A DNA stretch of 64,000 nucleotides from Octopus vulgaris (lineage: Eukaryota), in the NCBI GenBank assembly GCA_951406725.2, contig OX597840.1, forward strand, positions 2,356,001-2,420,000. Direction: 5' to 3'. Below are positions 12,500-27,238 of the stretch, piece after piece. How positions within the stretch are numbered: the stretch's first letter is position 1; every line of letters begins with the position of its first letter. A model generated the notes under the pieces. That model did not search any database. It was not told where the DNA came from and saw only the letters and a list, made by a program, of their open reading frames with translations. Position numbers and translations under genes: made by a program.

Positions 12500-12630
12500 C
12501 TTTTTATTTTTCCTCTTAATCCTTCCTACCGAGAGCGTAGGCTTCATACGTCAAACACTCTTCCATTTTTCCCGAGCGTTAAACTAATACACCTGCCTGT
12601 TATTTCCTCACGTGTCTGTCTTTTGTTTTA
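12500..12630 (+). repeat. Dispersed repeat E (probable Penelope-type terminal repeat), degenerate copy
   Basis: gagcgtaggct...cccgagcgttaaactaatac homologous to 59820-59988 (-) and 61615-61790 (+). Confidence 0.6.
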
Positions 12631-12700
12631 ACGTACACTTGAACCATATGCGTGTGCATGTGTGTGTGCGTGCCTGCGTGCTTGTGTGCGTGTGTGTTTA

Positions 12701-12772
<72 letters not shown>

Positions 12773-12798
12773 CATACATACATACATACATACATACA

Positions 12799-12830
<32 letters not shown>

Positions 12831-13149
12831 CACCCACACTCACACAAGATTTAAATTCTAGTAATTATTAGTTTCATGCTGTGAAAACACAATGGTCAGA
12901 CAAGATGACAAAGCGGCATGCTGCGTGTTTACATGGAAACTTTCACATTCAAATAAACAAGATGTCTAGACATTGAGAAGCATAAACACGAGAAAATATC
13001 AGAAGAAAGTTAAAAAAAAAATAGTGGAATGAGGAAAAAAAGGCAAAAAAAATGAAGAGTTGCGTCCGACTGTCTCGTTCGAATCCAAATCGATAATGCT
13101 GATGAGAATTAGTTCAACGCAGAAAGGGTGAACGTTTATGAGACTATGA

Positions 13150-13725
13150 TTAATCCGAAGGATAGTGATGTTGTTTCTGCTCCAGCTGTTTACAGTTGAT
13201 GAAAATTTCAGATCTAGAATTCAGTGGACCAGCAGAGTGTAAAAAGAATATGAAATCTCTCAACTAAACAAAGCTTGCATCTTTTTTGTTATCCATTAAC
13301 GTATAGTTTGCATCGTTCCACGATGTTATTCGTTATTGTGTGTGGTGTGTAGCTGGCCTTCAGATCGTAGATATGGCTAGGTAACGTTGTGGCTTCTTAT
13401 CCACACGTCGGAAAGATGACTGTTGCTTATCCTCTCTGTTTATAAAGTCGATTTCACATACACCAATGCACATATTCTTTTGAGTTCCATAATCTTTCGA
13501 AGCAATGCGCTGACTTCAGCTTCATAAAAAACTGAGAAATTCATGCATGCCTGATCGAGTGGGCACGTTTCTATGTGTCTACTATTACAAGTTGGAATAA
13601 CCGATTAATGTGACCTGCGACTCATAATATTTTTGATGTTAAGACAACAGTAATATGCAATTTTCACTGAATGTCAATTAAAAATTTTCTAGTATTTATG
13701 GTTATCTGGGACATGCATAACTATT
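13150..13725 (-). mobile_element. Second Penelope-like element (different clade), decayed linker and GIY-YIG endonuclease
   Basis: Minus-strand fragments HVPDNHKY*KIFN*HSVKIAYYCCLNIKNIM, TCNSRHIETCPLDQACMNFSVFYEAEV, CIGVCEIDF, TLPSHIYDLK, RCKLCLVERFHI, LNSRSEIFINCKQ. These fit the CNCR..CPL-type Penelope endonuclease. Confidence 0.75.
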
Positions 13726-13901
13726 AAGGCGAGAGATCTTCGACCTCCATTAGTTAAAGAGAAATTTGTAGGAGAACCACATAATCTTTTGGTCTATTTT
13801 TAGGTTTTAAATTTTTTAATTTTAGGGTCGTTGTAACATATATTATATTGGGAGCCAGTGTTAGCGAGGGTATTATTATAGAAAGGCTGCCTTATCGAAT
13901 A

Positions 13902-14215
13902 ATTTTATTTTTCTCACCCTTTTCAAGCCTAGCCAGGCTCATGGGCCCGGTTTCCCGGTTTCTGTGGCGTATGTGTTCCCCCCAGCTGGACGGGACGCCA
14001 GTCCATCGCAGCGTTACTCAAGAAACAAGAAGAGAGAATGAGAGAAATTTGTGGCTAAAGAATACAACAGGGGTCGCCAACCCCCCTGCCGGAGGCTCGT
14101 GGAGCATTTAGGTGTTTTCGCTCAATAAATACACACAACGCCCGGTCTGGGAATCGAAATATCGATCCTCCGACCGTGAGTCAACTGCCCTAATCACTGG
14201 GCCATTGCGCCTCCA
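13902..14215 (-). mobile_element. tRNA-derived SINE, body X with tail T1, 14-bp TSD
   Basis: Head ggaggcgcaatggcccagtg. TSD tgccttatcgaata at 13888-13901 and 14216-14229. Confidence 0.9.
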
Positions 14216-14556
14216 TGCCTTATCGAATATTCCCTTAGAAATGGAAAGATGGGATCTCCTATTACCGATATTGGCTATAAAGCTTTGAACACTATAGGGG
14301 TCACAGGAATCTTTATCTTTATACCTACGCTTTTCCTGAGATTTTTAATAGGGCTTCTATAAGTACAAGTTTGAGCTGGGAACGCATCTAAGAAATCCAC
14401 TTCAGATTGGTTAGTAGCTACAATGATTTTGAGGCTTATTTGACAAAAATGCATGTATGAGATTTTTCTTAAATCTATTTGGTTTCAATTAAATAAAACA
14501 TTTGATCCCTTGTTTTCTTTATTCAAAATTTGGACAGAACTTATGAGATGAACTGA

Positions 14557-14603
<47 letters not shown>

Positions 14604-14605
<2 letters not shown>

Positions 14606-14746
14606 TGTAAAGACTACTTCTATTTCTGTCCTTCTGATTTGCCGAACTGCTAAGTTACAGGGATGAAAATACTTGAACCCCGAGTGGTACTCGAAAACCG
14701 ATTGGTATCAAGCAGTGATAGCCAACAAACAAATACACAAAGATAG

Positions 14747-14786
<40 letters not shown>

Positions 14787-14968
14787 ACACGTATAACCAT
14801 ACGACGGGTTTCTTTCAGTTTCCGTTTACCAATGTACAAGATTACAAGATTTTGGTCGGACCAAGGCCATTGTTGAAGACACCTGCCCAAGGTGCCACAC
14901 AGTGGGTTCGAACCTGGAGCTATATGGCTGTGAAGCAAACCTCTTACCAGACAGCCACGTTCTGCGCC
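14604..14968 (-). mobile_element. SINE family A, diverged, tail missing
   Basis: Homology to family A head and body. Confidence 0.8.
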
Positions 14969-15274
14969 ATATATCGGCATAAATAAGCTAGACACATGAT
15001 AATTATAATTATTTCTAATCATTATTATTATTTCACTTAATTAAAATTCATCCACAGTTGAAGATGTTTTGTTTTAACGGTTAATGATTTCAGAATTGCA
15101 ATTATTTTCCAAACTTAATAGGACACAAATCCAATACAATTGGCACATCAGCAATTTTTTCTTTTTTTTTTTTTTTTTACCTTTTTCGGTAAAAATTGCT
15201 TCCGAAATCAAAAAAACAACAACACAGTAGGAAGGAACTTTACACATGGCAGACATAACTACTTAACTAAAACA

Positions 15275-15289
15275 ATAACAACGACAACA

Positions 15290-15336
<47 letters not shown>

Positions 15337-15579
15337 TACTGCTGCTGCTGCTGCTATTACTACTACTACTACTACTACTACGACCACCACCACTACTACT
15401 ACTACGAATACTACTACGAATACTACTACTAATACTACTACTAAAACTAATACTACTACTAATACTACTACTACTACTAATACTACTACTACTACAACTA
15501 ATACTACTAATACTACTACTAATACTACTATTACTACAACTACTACTACTACTACTACTACTTCTACTAATACTACTAT

Positions 15580-15640
<61 letters not shown>

Positions 15641-15650
15641 GTTACTACTT

Positions 15651-15697
<47 letters not shown>

Positions 15698-15725
15698 GCT
15701 ACTACTACTACTACTACTACTGCTG
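15275..15725. repeat. (ACT)n trinucleotide tract
   Basis: Visible. It produces the poly-Thr and poly-Ser ORFs. Confidence 0.95.
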
Positions 15726-15934
15726 AGGGTTAAATTACCTTTTGCTTCTGGTTCGCTTTTCGTGCAGCGATGATCAGCTCTCTTTTGGGTTTTACGTGAA
15801 TGTGTGTGGGCGTGAGCGCGTGTGTGCGTTTGTATGTGTGTGCTTGTGTGTGTGTGTGTGTGATTGCTTGTGTGAGTGTTTACATGTATTTTGTGCACAT
15901 GCACAAGTTTGTGTATTTTTATATATATTTGTTT

Positions 15935-16009
<75 letters not shown>

Positions 16010-16011
<2 letters not shown>

Positions 16012-16410
16012 CGCAGGAGGGGCTATGTGGTAAGTAGCTTGCTAAACAACCATATGGTTCCGGGTTCAGTCCCACTGCGTGGCATCTTGGGCAGGTGTCT
16101 TCTGCTATAGCCCCGGGCCGACCAATGCCTTGTGAGTGGATTTGGTAGATGGAAACTGAAAGAAGCCTGTCGTATATATGTATGTATATATATAAATGTG
16201 TGTATATGTGTTTGTGTGTCTGTGTTTGTCCCCCTAGCATTGCTTGACAACCGATGCTGGTGTGTTTACTTCCCCGTCACTAGCGGCTCGGCAAAGAGAC
16301 CGATAGAATAAGTACTGGGCTTACAAAGAATAAGTCCCGGGGTCGATTTCCTCGACTAAAGGCGGTGCTCCAGCATGGCCACAGTCAAATGACTGAAACA
16401 AGTAAATGAA
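16010..16410 (+). mobile_element. SINE family A, full length
   Basis: ggcgcaggag head to gactgaaacaagtaaa tail. Confidence 0.92.
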
Positions 16411-16429
16411 ATGAATGAATAGAGAGGAA

Positions 16430-17500
<1,071 letters not shown>

Positions 17501-18090
17501 ACCGAACTAAAATGATTTCAATTTAAGAGAAGGAGCATAGGGGAGATAAGTGGTGGGAACGTGCGCAACATGTCCACTTTCTGTAATGTTTCTGTATCAG
17601 TGCGTTTGAAGACACAACTCAGAAAACCATTGGACAATACGACTTGTTGGAAATAAGCGCTGGCAAGGAGCAGCCGATGGCATGAGTAGCGGCGTCATGG
17701 CCGCCACTACCATCGTCACAAACAGCGCAAATCCCGCCGCCATCTTAAACCGATAAACAACAGCATTGAGCGGTGTGACGATCGATGTAATTAATATATG
17801 GAACGGCAATGGGGGAGGCAGTGAAACGATATGGTTATTTTAAGCTAACAGTTAATGGTCAGAATTACAGTGAATCTATGAGAGACTACGGCCGATCGCT
17901 TGTAAAAAGGACAGATTAAATGGCGTTTTCTCATCCAGCAATCCCCCATTTAAGCACCACTCTACCATAACCAATAAGGACCGATTTAATAGGCAGCGTA
18001 GAGATTTGTACATGGTCGACAGAAATGCAAGAAATAGCAGCGAAATCTTACGAAGATTACGTATAAATATGTTTAAAATGTATACAAATT

Positions 18091-18255
18091 GGCGCAGGAG
18101 TGGCTGTGTGGTAAGTAGCTTGCTTACCAACCACATGGTTCCGGGTTCAGTCCCACTGCGTGGCATCTTGGGCAAGTGTCTTCTGCTATAGCCCCGAGCC
18201 GACCAATGCCTTGTGAGTGGATTTGGTAGACGGAAACTGAAAGAAGCCCGTCGTA

Positions 18256-18298
<43 letters not shown>

Positions 18299-18506
18299 TT
18301 TGTGTTTGTTTTTTGTTCCCCTAGCATTGCCTGACAACCGATGCTGGTGTGTTTGCGTCCCGTCACTTAGCGGTTCGGCAAAAGAGACCGATAGAATAAG
18401 TACTGGGCTTACAAAGAATAAGTTCCGGGGTCGATTTGCTCGACTAAAGGCGGTGCTCCAGCATGGCCGCAGTCAAATGACTGAAACAAGTAAAAGAGTA
18501 AAAGAG
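18091..18506 (+). mobile_element. SINE family A, full length, with TSD
   Basis: Flanked by gtatacaaattgg (18080-18092) and gtatacaatttgg (18506-18518). Confidence 0.93.
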
Positions 18507-18716
18507 TATACAATTTGGAGAGTGAATTTCAGTCGCATTATGGCTATTACACCCATACCTAAACAGGGGTATATTTTTCAGAAGCTTGCTTTGTAACTAA
18601 ATGGTTTCGGGTTCAATCCCACAGCGCAGCTCGTTCAGTGAGCGACTCTTTCTTTCTTCGTGTCTTTCTTTTTGTGTCGTTCTTATTCTCTCTTTCTGCT
18701 TTCTCTTCTGTCTCTG

Positions 18717-18755
<39 letters not shown>

Positions 18756-19380
18756 ATTTTCCTTCTCTCACATTCTCTTCCTTATCTCTCTTTTCAGCTG
18801 ATCCCTTTTCCTTTCTTCGTCTCTCGCCTTTTTGTCTCGCTCTTTTTTATCTGTTTTCTTATCTTTCCCTCTCTATTTCTCCCCCTCTCTCTCTCTTTCT
18901 CTTTCTCTCTCTAAAAGCTTGTCCCTCGTTCATCTGCCATTCTCTTACTTTCCTCCCTCATCTTTTCTTCTCTATGTCTCTTTCAAATTGCTCCTCTTCC
19001 TTTCTTTCTGCCTTTCTCTCTCTATCCTATTCTCTCTATGTTCTCTCTCTATCTCTCTCCCAAATTTCCCTCTCGTTCCCCTCTCATTCTCTGTCTCGTT
19101 CCTACTTTTCTTCTCCCACACTCTTTCTTCTGTTTCGCTTTTTAATTTTTCATCTTACCTTTCAGACCTGCGCTTCATCTTCTTCCTGGCTGATAAATGA
19201 CTTGTGAGTTAATTTGGTTGATGGAAACTCCACGGAAACTCTGTTGTATATGTGTTTCTGTGTGCGTGTATATATTTGTATGTATGTATGTATGTATGTA
19301 TGTATGTATGTATGTATGTATGTATGTATTTATGTATGTATGTATGTGTGTATGTATGTCTGCATTTATGTATGTATGTG

Positions 19381-19411
<31 letters not shown>

Positions 19412-19750
19412 ATGTATGTATGTATGTATCTATGTATGTATGTATGTATGTATGTATGTGTGTATGTCTGTATGTATGTATGTCTGTATGTGTGTATGTC
19501 TGTATGTATGTATGTCTGTATGCGTGTATGTATGTATGCCTACCATGATATATCTGTATATGTATGTGTGTGTGTGTACGTACATATATATATATATATG
19601 TATTTATACATAAAGGTTTTTATTTCTCTTTCCATTTCAAAATTACAACTATTTGTGGTTTGGAGTTTAACTGCTCTTTCTAGTGAGTCAGATGTCCTAT
19701 TATGGCCATCTCTTATGTGTTTATATATATATATATATATATATATACAA

Positions 19751-19859
<109 letters not shown>

Positions 19860-20052
19860 TGTGTCAGTGTATATTGATAGGTGGATCGATAATATATAGA
19901 CAGATGACAGATATATAAATAAATAGATAGATAGATAGATAGATATTCATATCTAGGTATGCGCAAATACGTATCTCTATATATACGTATTATATACATG
20001 CGTATGCCTTCATACGCACTTACATACACTCACTCCTACACCTACCCTACAC

Positions 20053-20090
<38 letters not shown>

Positions 20091-20143
20091 ATGTGTGTGT
20101 GTGTGTGTGTATCTATCTCTCTCTCTCCTATCCATATATACAT

Positions 20144-20191
<48 letters not shown>

Positions 20192-20418
20192 CTGTCGATA
20201 TCAGAGAAATAAAGTTATCACACGTAAGCTCAAAAGAAAGAAAAGAAAAAACCTTACACATTCACTCCATTAAATAAAGTATTTCATATATTATCTATAA
20301 TCGGACACATATTTCCGAATATTCTCACAGCAACAACAGCAAGAACAACATCAAGATGAACTACAACGCCTCCAACACCACCACTAATAAGAAGTACATC
20401 GATGATGATGATGATAAA

Positions 20419-20501
<83 letters not shown>

Positions 20502-20748
20502 CATCTTCAAAACAATATCAGCAATGACAAAAAACAAGAGAGTTAGCTAAAGTAATTAAATTATATTTCATAAGACATAATGGATCGTGAAACGATCTAG
20601 GTCGCTGCTCTGTTTTAAAGATGTTTCGCATCTCCACCGCACCCCGAAACGACACACAGCTTATCATTTTTAGATCAGTAGCATATATCGTAATAATGCA
20701 AATGTTATCTGCTCTGACGATCTCTTTCTTACTCTCTCGCACTCACAT

Positions 20749-20784
<36 letters not shown>

Positions 20785-21050
20785 TGTGAGTGTTTGTGAG
20801 TGTGTGTGTGTGTGTTTGTGTGTCTGTCTGTGTGTGTGTATCTCTCTTTCTGTCTTTATTCAGAAACCCCCATGCATGCGTATATGCGCAGTGTCATACA
20901 CACACATATATTCATACGCATATATTATATATTCATATATATAGAAACATATATATATATATATATACTATATATATATGTATATTATATTATATATATA
21001 TTATATATATATATATATATTATAGTATATATATATATATATATATTATA

Positions 21051-21098
<48 letters not shown>

Positions 21099-21330
21099 TA
21101 TATATACATATATATGTATATATATATATGCGTATGTATACATACGTACTAACATATACTCACAGCTACACACTACACTCACACATATGTGTGTGTGCAT
21201 GTATGTGTATATGTATATGCATATGTGCATGCATTTATTCAGAGTGTATGAGTTAGTGAAAGAGATAGAGAAGACGATATATTTCACGGATATGTATGCA
21301 TGTATGTATATATATGTATGTAAGTATGTA

Positions 21331-21387
<57 letters not shown>

Positions 21388-21398
21388 ATATTTGTATG

Positions 21399-21436
<38 letters not shown>

Positions 21437-22341
21437 CTTATATTTATGTCTGTAGGTATATATATATGTGTCTGTGTGTATCTATGTATTTATACGTGTG
21501 TTCTTACGAATGTATATATGTACACGTGTGTGTGTGTGTGTATGTGTGTGTGTGTGTGTGTGTATGTGTGTGTGTGTGTGTATTCCTTCCAGAGTAGGAA
21601 ATCCGTCGTTGAGATATATATAAGAGTACATATATTGATGCCCAATTACTTATAGCTAAATTAATGCTCCGGGATTGCAGGAAGCGACATCTCAATTGTT
21701 ATAATGGTATGGAGCGAATTACGAAATGTCTCTGACAATATGCCTCATTCTTAGATAATGGAATTCTTTGGAAATGGTTAGGATAGCAGCGACTATAAAT
21801 AAGGAAGTTGATTGCAAAGATTTTTGCGTAAATGGAAACCAGAATATAACTAATATTGGTGAAGATGATATAAGAAGGTATTAATAATATCATTAGAGGA
21901 ATTTGCAAGAATCATGGGTAGGCGATAGATTCCTCTTTGTGTTCCATCTTAACCATTTTTTTTCTTTTTGTTACTTTTTCTTTCTTTTTTTTTATTCTTT
22001 ATGGTAATATATCTTTTGATTTTGATTTTGATTTTTGGAGGTTTAGAATGCATTTTTTATAGTAATGTCCCAGACACGGGAATGGCTGGGTGGTAAAAAA
22101 AAATTTCGTTACACAACTTGGGTTGGTTCGATTCCAAAGCATGCTACTTTGGAGCAGTGTCTGCTACGAGAATATATATATATATATATACGTTTTGCGG
22201 AAACGCTGAGTTACGGGGACGTAAACACACCAGCATCGGTTTGCAAGCGATGTTGGGGGGACAGACGCAGACGCACAGACATATAAACACACATACATAT
22301 ACATATATACATATATATAATATTTAAACGTATATATATAT

Positions 22342-22746
22342 ACTCTTTTACTCTTTTACTTGTTTCAGTCATGTGACTGTGGCCATACTGGAGCACCGCC
22401 TTCAGTCGAGCAAATCGACGCCCAGGACTTATTCTTTGTAATACTAGTACTTATTCCATCGGGCTCTTTTGCGGAAACGCTGAGTTACGGGGACGTAAAC
22501 ACACCAGCACCGGTTTTCAAGCGATGTTGGGGGGACAAACGAAGACGCACAGACATATAATCACACATACATATACATATATACGACGGGATTCTTTCAG
22601 TTTCCATCTACCAAATCCACTCATAAGGCTTTGGTCGGCCCGAGGCTATAGTAAAAGACACTTGCCCAAGGTTCCACGCAGTGGTACCGAACCCCGAACC
22701 ATGTGGTTGGTAAGCAAGCTACTTACAACACAGCCACTCCTACACT
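22342..22746 (-). mobile_element. SINE family A (internal part duplicated at 22190-22310)
   Basis: Reverse complement of family A. The gcggaaacgctgagttacggggacgtaaac segment occurs twice. Confidence 0.9.
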
Positions 22747-23127
22747 CCTATATCGAATCTGATCGAATCGTCCATGTGTTAACACGTAACTGTTGCGACA
22801 ATATCAACTTTCTTTCACTAAAGATACCTTTGGCTTGATGAGCAGCTGCCGTGATACACCTCGCTTGGATATTTCCTACTTTTGGGGATCCACTGGCTCT
22901 GAAGCCTATGTAGCCCGGATCTTATCTACTCCCTTCCTTAACTCATATATTGTCATTCGCTTACTCGTCAGCCGTGTCGCCTACCGTGAAATATAACAAG
23001 AGCTTTTTTACAGTTTATCGTATTCCCATTACGAAAATATCCACAATCTCCCGCCTCAATAAACCACTATTACTACGGATTGCTTGAAGCTAACTATCTT
23101 CCTACATTTCGATCCTTAGCTCATGTT

Positions 23128-23208
<81 letters not shown>

Positions 23209-23408
23209 ATGTATGTATGCATGTATGTATGCATGAATGTATGTATAATGTATGTATATATGAAGGTATGTATGCATGAATCCATGTATGTATGTATGTA
23301 TGTATGTATGTATGTATGTATGTATGAATGAATGTATGAATGTATGAATGTATGTGCATGTATGTATGTGTATTTATGTATGTGTATTTATGTATGTATG
23401 TATGTATA

Positions 23409-23920
23409 GGCGCGGGCGTGGTTATATGGTAAGAAGTTTGCTTCCCTTTGACATAGTCCCGGATATATATGTTCTACTATAGCCTCGGTCTGACCGAATC
23501 CTTGTAGGTGGGTTTGGTTGACAGGAACTGAAAAAGCCCGTCGTGTGTGTGTTAAATTGGTTGCTTATCAACCATATACTTCCTTGGTCCAGTCCCCCTG
23601 CATGGCACACTGGGCAAGAGTTTTCTACCATAGCCTTCGTTTGACCAAAGCCTTGTGGATGGATTTGGTAGACGGAAACTCAAAGAAGCTCATCGTATAT
23701 ACATATATATATATATGTATATGTTTTTATGTCTGTGTTTGTCCCTCCCACCATCGCTTGACAACCGATGTACGTGTGTTTACGTCCCCATAACTTAACG
23801 GTGCACTGAAAAGTACTAGGCTTACAATGAATAAATCCTGGAGCCGATTTGTTTAACTAAAGGCCTGCTCCAGCATAACCACAGTGAAATGAGTGGAACA
23901 AATGAAAGAATGAAAGAATA
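23409..23920 (+). mobile_element. SINE family A-related, diverged, with duplicated 5' part
   Basis: Two successive head/body segments, then the tail. Confidence 0.75.
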
Positions 23921-24092
23921 TATATATATACTGTATATATATATAAATAAGTAGGTGCATGAATTATCCTAGTATGGACAATTCTGTTAACCGATACCCG
24001 GGTAGCAAATTCACGTCAGAAAACACGGTTGAAGCTACATGCCAGGGGCAGAAATCACGTGTTTTCGTGTGGAAATTTCTGTGTTTTTTAAA

Positions 24093-24163
24093 TATAAATA
24101 AGTGAAAGAATGGAGTCGAACGACGATTTTAACAAAATTCCTCGTTCGACTCCATTCTTTCAC

Positions 24164-24172
<9 letters not shown>
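24093..24172. repeat. Near-perfect inverted repeat (31-bp arms)
   Basis: tataaataagtgaaagaatggagtcgaacga / tcgttcgactccattctttcacctatttata, one mismatch. Confidence 0.9.
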
Positions 24173-24245
<73 letters not shown>

Positions 24246-24377
24246 GCACATATGCGTTGTGTGTACGTGTGTGTAAAGAGTACATATTTATTATTCATTA
24301 GCAAGAATTGTGTTAATCTGTTGACTGAAACATCTGCTTACCTTTCATCTGATTCTATATATTATCTATCTGTAGAT

Positions 24378-24435
<58 letters not shown>

Positions 24436-24444
24436 GTGCGTGCG

Positions 24445-26000
24445 TGTATTCATCAACCGTGATGGACTGCCCTTGGCTAGATTCTCGGTATGTTATCCTT
24501 TTCCAGTACTCTTTGACCAATGCTGTCCTTTTCATTGTCTGGTACAAATTCATCTTCTAAGCATCATCCATCGTCATCATCGGTCTGTCTCCATCCTCCT
24601 CTCTCTGTTTGTCTTTTGTATTCTCCCCACTATCCCTGTGGGCCCAAGCCCTCTCTTGCCTCCTAATATGTGCTATCCATATGCGTAAATCGAAATCAGA
24701 ATATAACTAATATTCTTTTACTCTTTTACTCTTTTACTTGTTTCAGTCATTTGACTGCGGCCATGCTGGAGCATCGCCTTTAGTCGAGCAAATCGACCCC
24801 GGGACTTATTCTTTGTAAGCCCAGTACTTATTCCATCGGTATCTTTTGCCGAACCGCTAAGTGACGGGGACGTAAACACACCAGCATCGGTTGTCAAGCA
24901 ATGCTAGGGGGACAAACACAGACACACAAACACACACACACATACATATACATATATATACATATATACGACAGTATATATATATATATACTGTCTTTCA
25001 GTTTCCGTCTACCAAATCCACTCACAAGGCATTGGTCGGCCCGGGGCTATAGTAGAAGACACTTGCCCAAGATGGCACGCAGTGGGACTGAACCCGGAAC
25101 CATGTGGTTGGTTAGCAAGCTACTTACCACACAGCCACTCCTTCATATTGGTGAAGATTATATAAGAAGGTATTAATAATATCAGAGGAATTTGCAAGAA
25201 TCATGAGTTGGCGATAGATTCCTCTTTGAGTTCCATCTCAACCATTTATTCTTTTTGTAACTTTTTTCTTGTTCTTTATGGCAATGTATCTTTTGATTTT
25301 GATTTTGATATTTGGATGTTTAGTATGCATTTTTTGTAATGTCCCAAGCCCTCTCTTGCCTCCTAATATGTGCTGTCCATTTTGCCTATCTTCTGCTGAT
25401 GGTATGCATCAAGCATCAGTTCTCACTTATCTCCTAGCACCTCATCATTGGTCGCGTGATCCGCCTAGTAGATCTCCAATCACTTTCAGAATCACTTTTC
25501 CGAACTTCCCACTCGTCTAGCTTCGGCCTTCTTTATGGTCCACGTTCCTGAGCCATAGAGGAGCACACTCCATCCAAAGGATATCACCGTCTTCTTCTTC
25601 TTCGGGTCACACTTCAAGTCATACTTCAGCTTTTTGGTAACCAGAGTTTTATGTTTGTTAAATTCGTTTTTAACCATGACAATTGTTGCAATGATTTTTC
25701 TTTCAGCTCTCTCATCCTCCACGAAGCTTCCAAGTGTTTCATTCGTTGACTCTGCTTAAGTTGATTTCCATTTACGTTGATTTGAAATTTCTTGTCTTGG
25801 CTCTTTCTTATTTCCATTACTTCGGTTTTTGTTATGTTTTCATTTCATCTTCTCTCTGTCACCTACTTCAAGCAAACTTTCCGTGATGGTCTGCAAAACC
25901 TCTGCTGGGTTTGCTCTCATTGCCTGGTTGTCTTCAAATCTCACAGTCTTATCAAATGACCACAACAATTCACTCCATCAGTCATCTCTCCCTTCACCTC
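24445..26000 (-). mobile_element. Decayed RTE-clade LINE interrupted by a templated insertion and a SINE
   Basis: ORF 25492-25722 ..WSVLLYGSGTWTIKKAEARR; ORF 25626-25817 INVNGNQLKQ; 3' end KRTALVKEYWKRITYRESSQGQS. Confidence 0.75.
24715..25144 (-). mobile_element. SINE family A
   Basis: Near full-length reverse copy with an atatt duplication at its flanks. Confidence 0.92.
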
Positions 26001-26324
26001 TCTCATCACTACTTCAACATAAAAGTTGAAGGGCAAGGAGGGCTGAGTATACATCCTTCTTTAGCTCCCACCACCCCCTCTGGTGTAAGGTCCAACCATT
26101 CCATGAGATGTCATTAAAGTTGTTACCCGGCCCTCGTACAGAGCTGTGATGAGGATCCTATCTCCCCAATCTGCTCCCAGGTCTTGAAGTAAACCCATCA
26201 ATATTTTTCGATAAACCTGATTTAAAGCTTTCTCATAGAGGACAAAGCAGATAGGGACATCCTATTCGCGCTCGATACCCCTTCTCCTTAAGTTTTCACA
26301 ACAGCGATTGTTCCTCTCGATACC

Positions 26325-26559
26325 TATTTCTTTATTACCCACAAGGAGCTAAACATAGAGGGGACAAACAAGGACAGACAAACAGATTAAGTCGATTACA
26401 TCGACCCCAGTGCGTAACTGGTACTTAATTTATCGACCCCGAAAGGATGAAAGGCAAAGTCGACCTCGGCGGAATTTGAACTCAGAACGTAAAGGCAGAC
26501 GAAATACGGCTACGCATTTAGCCCGGCGTGCAAACTACCCTGCCAGCTCGCCGCCTTAG
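26325..26559 (-). mobile_element. SINE family B monomer with 13-bp TSD
   Basis: TSD tcctctcgatacc at 26312-26324 and 26560-26572. Confidence 0.93.
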
Positions 26560-26812
26560 TCCTCTCGATACCATTCGTTTCCTGATACCAAACTGGTTTT
26601 TCCTAATGAATCCTTCCGTTTCGATTCTCAGCATGTTACTGATCCCTTTCAAAGCTATTTAGGATGCATGGAATATGGAACTGATATTATGGTGACCTCA
26701 CATTTCTGGCCATTTATCTATTTCTGGAGGGGGATTATGATGCTTCTGAAGAATTCGTGTGTCCACGTATCAGAGTTGTAGACATCTTTGCATAGGACCA
26801 CCAATACTTGTT

Positions 26813-27060
26813 GTGGAGGCGCGTGGCTTAGTAGTTGGGGTGTTGGACTCATGAACGTATGATTGCGGTTTCGATACTTGGACCGGGAAACGCGTTTTAT
26901 TCTTGGGCAAAACACTTCATTTCACGTTGTTCCACTCCACTCAAATAATAAAAATGAGTAATCATGTGACACACACGTGTCCTGCCCAGGTAAGTTATAT
27001 ATACACCATAGATGCTGGAAAACCGCCCCTTATGAGTCCCTTATGTTTATCTCGAGAAGC
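26813..27060 (+). mobile_element. Diverged tRNA-derived SINE with CORE-like body
   Basis: ggaggcgcgtggcttagtagtt head, ggtttcgatac B-box remnant, cttgggcaaaacacttcatttcacgttg body. Confidence 0.7.
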
Positions 27061-27238
27061 TACTCATTTTACTTACGAGTACTTGTGACACTTCTGTACT
27101 CAGTATCTTCAGCACATCTGCATGTATGCCACCTTACCACTCAGCTTCTTCAACTTGTTGACATCTTTTATTGCCATCCGTATCTCGGCATCCAGAACAG
27201 TAACATCATCCCAGCTAGTCATTCTTCACCTTCATCTT

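Noticed and set aside
13095-13135. CTGATGAG...GAAA on the plus strand
   Set aside because: Stem II does not close next to GAAA, there is no stem III or stem I pairing, and it is antisense to the adjacent Penelope-like element.
15140-16240. Mucin-like poly-Thr and poly-Ser ORFs
   Set aside because: (ACT)n microsatellite plus SINE sequence.
18124-18596. Recurrent ORFs such as [15 protein letters not shown] and MLGGQTQTHKH that look like a gene family
   Set aside because: They are translations of SINE family A copies.
21699-21908. Possible CR1/L2-type LINE C-terminus (HFVIRSIPL); similar hints at 56750-57050 and 62480-62760
   Set aside because: Too degenerate to support without a profile search.
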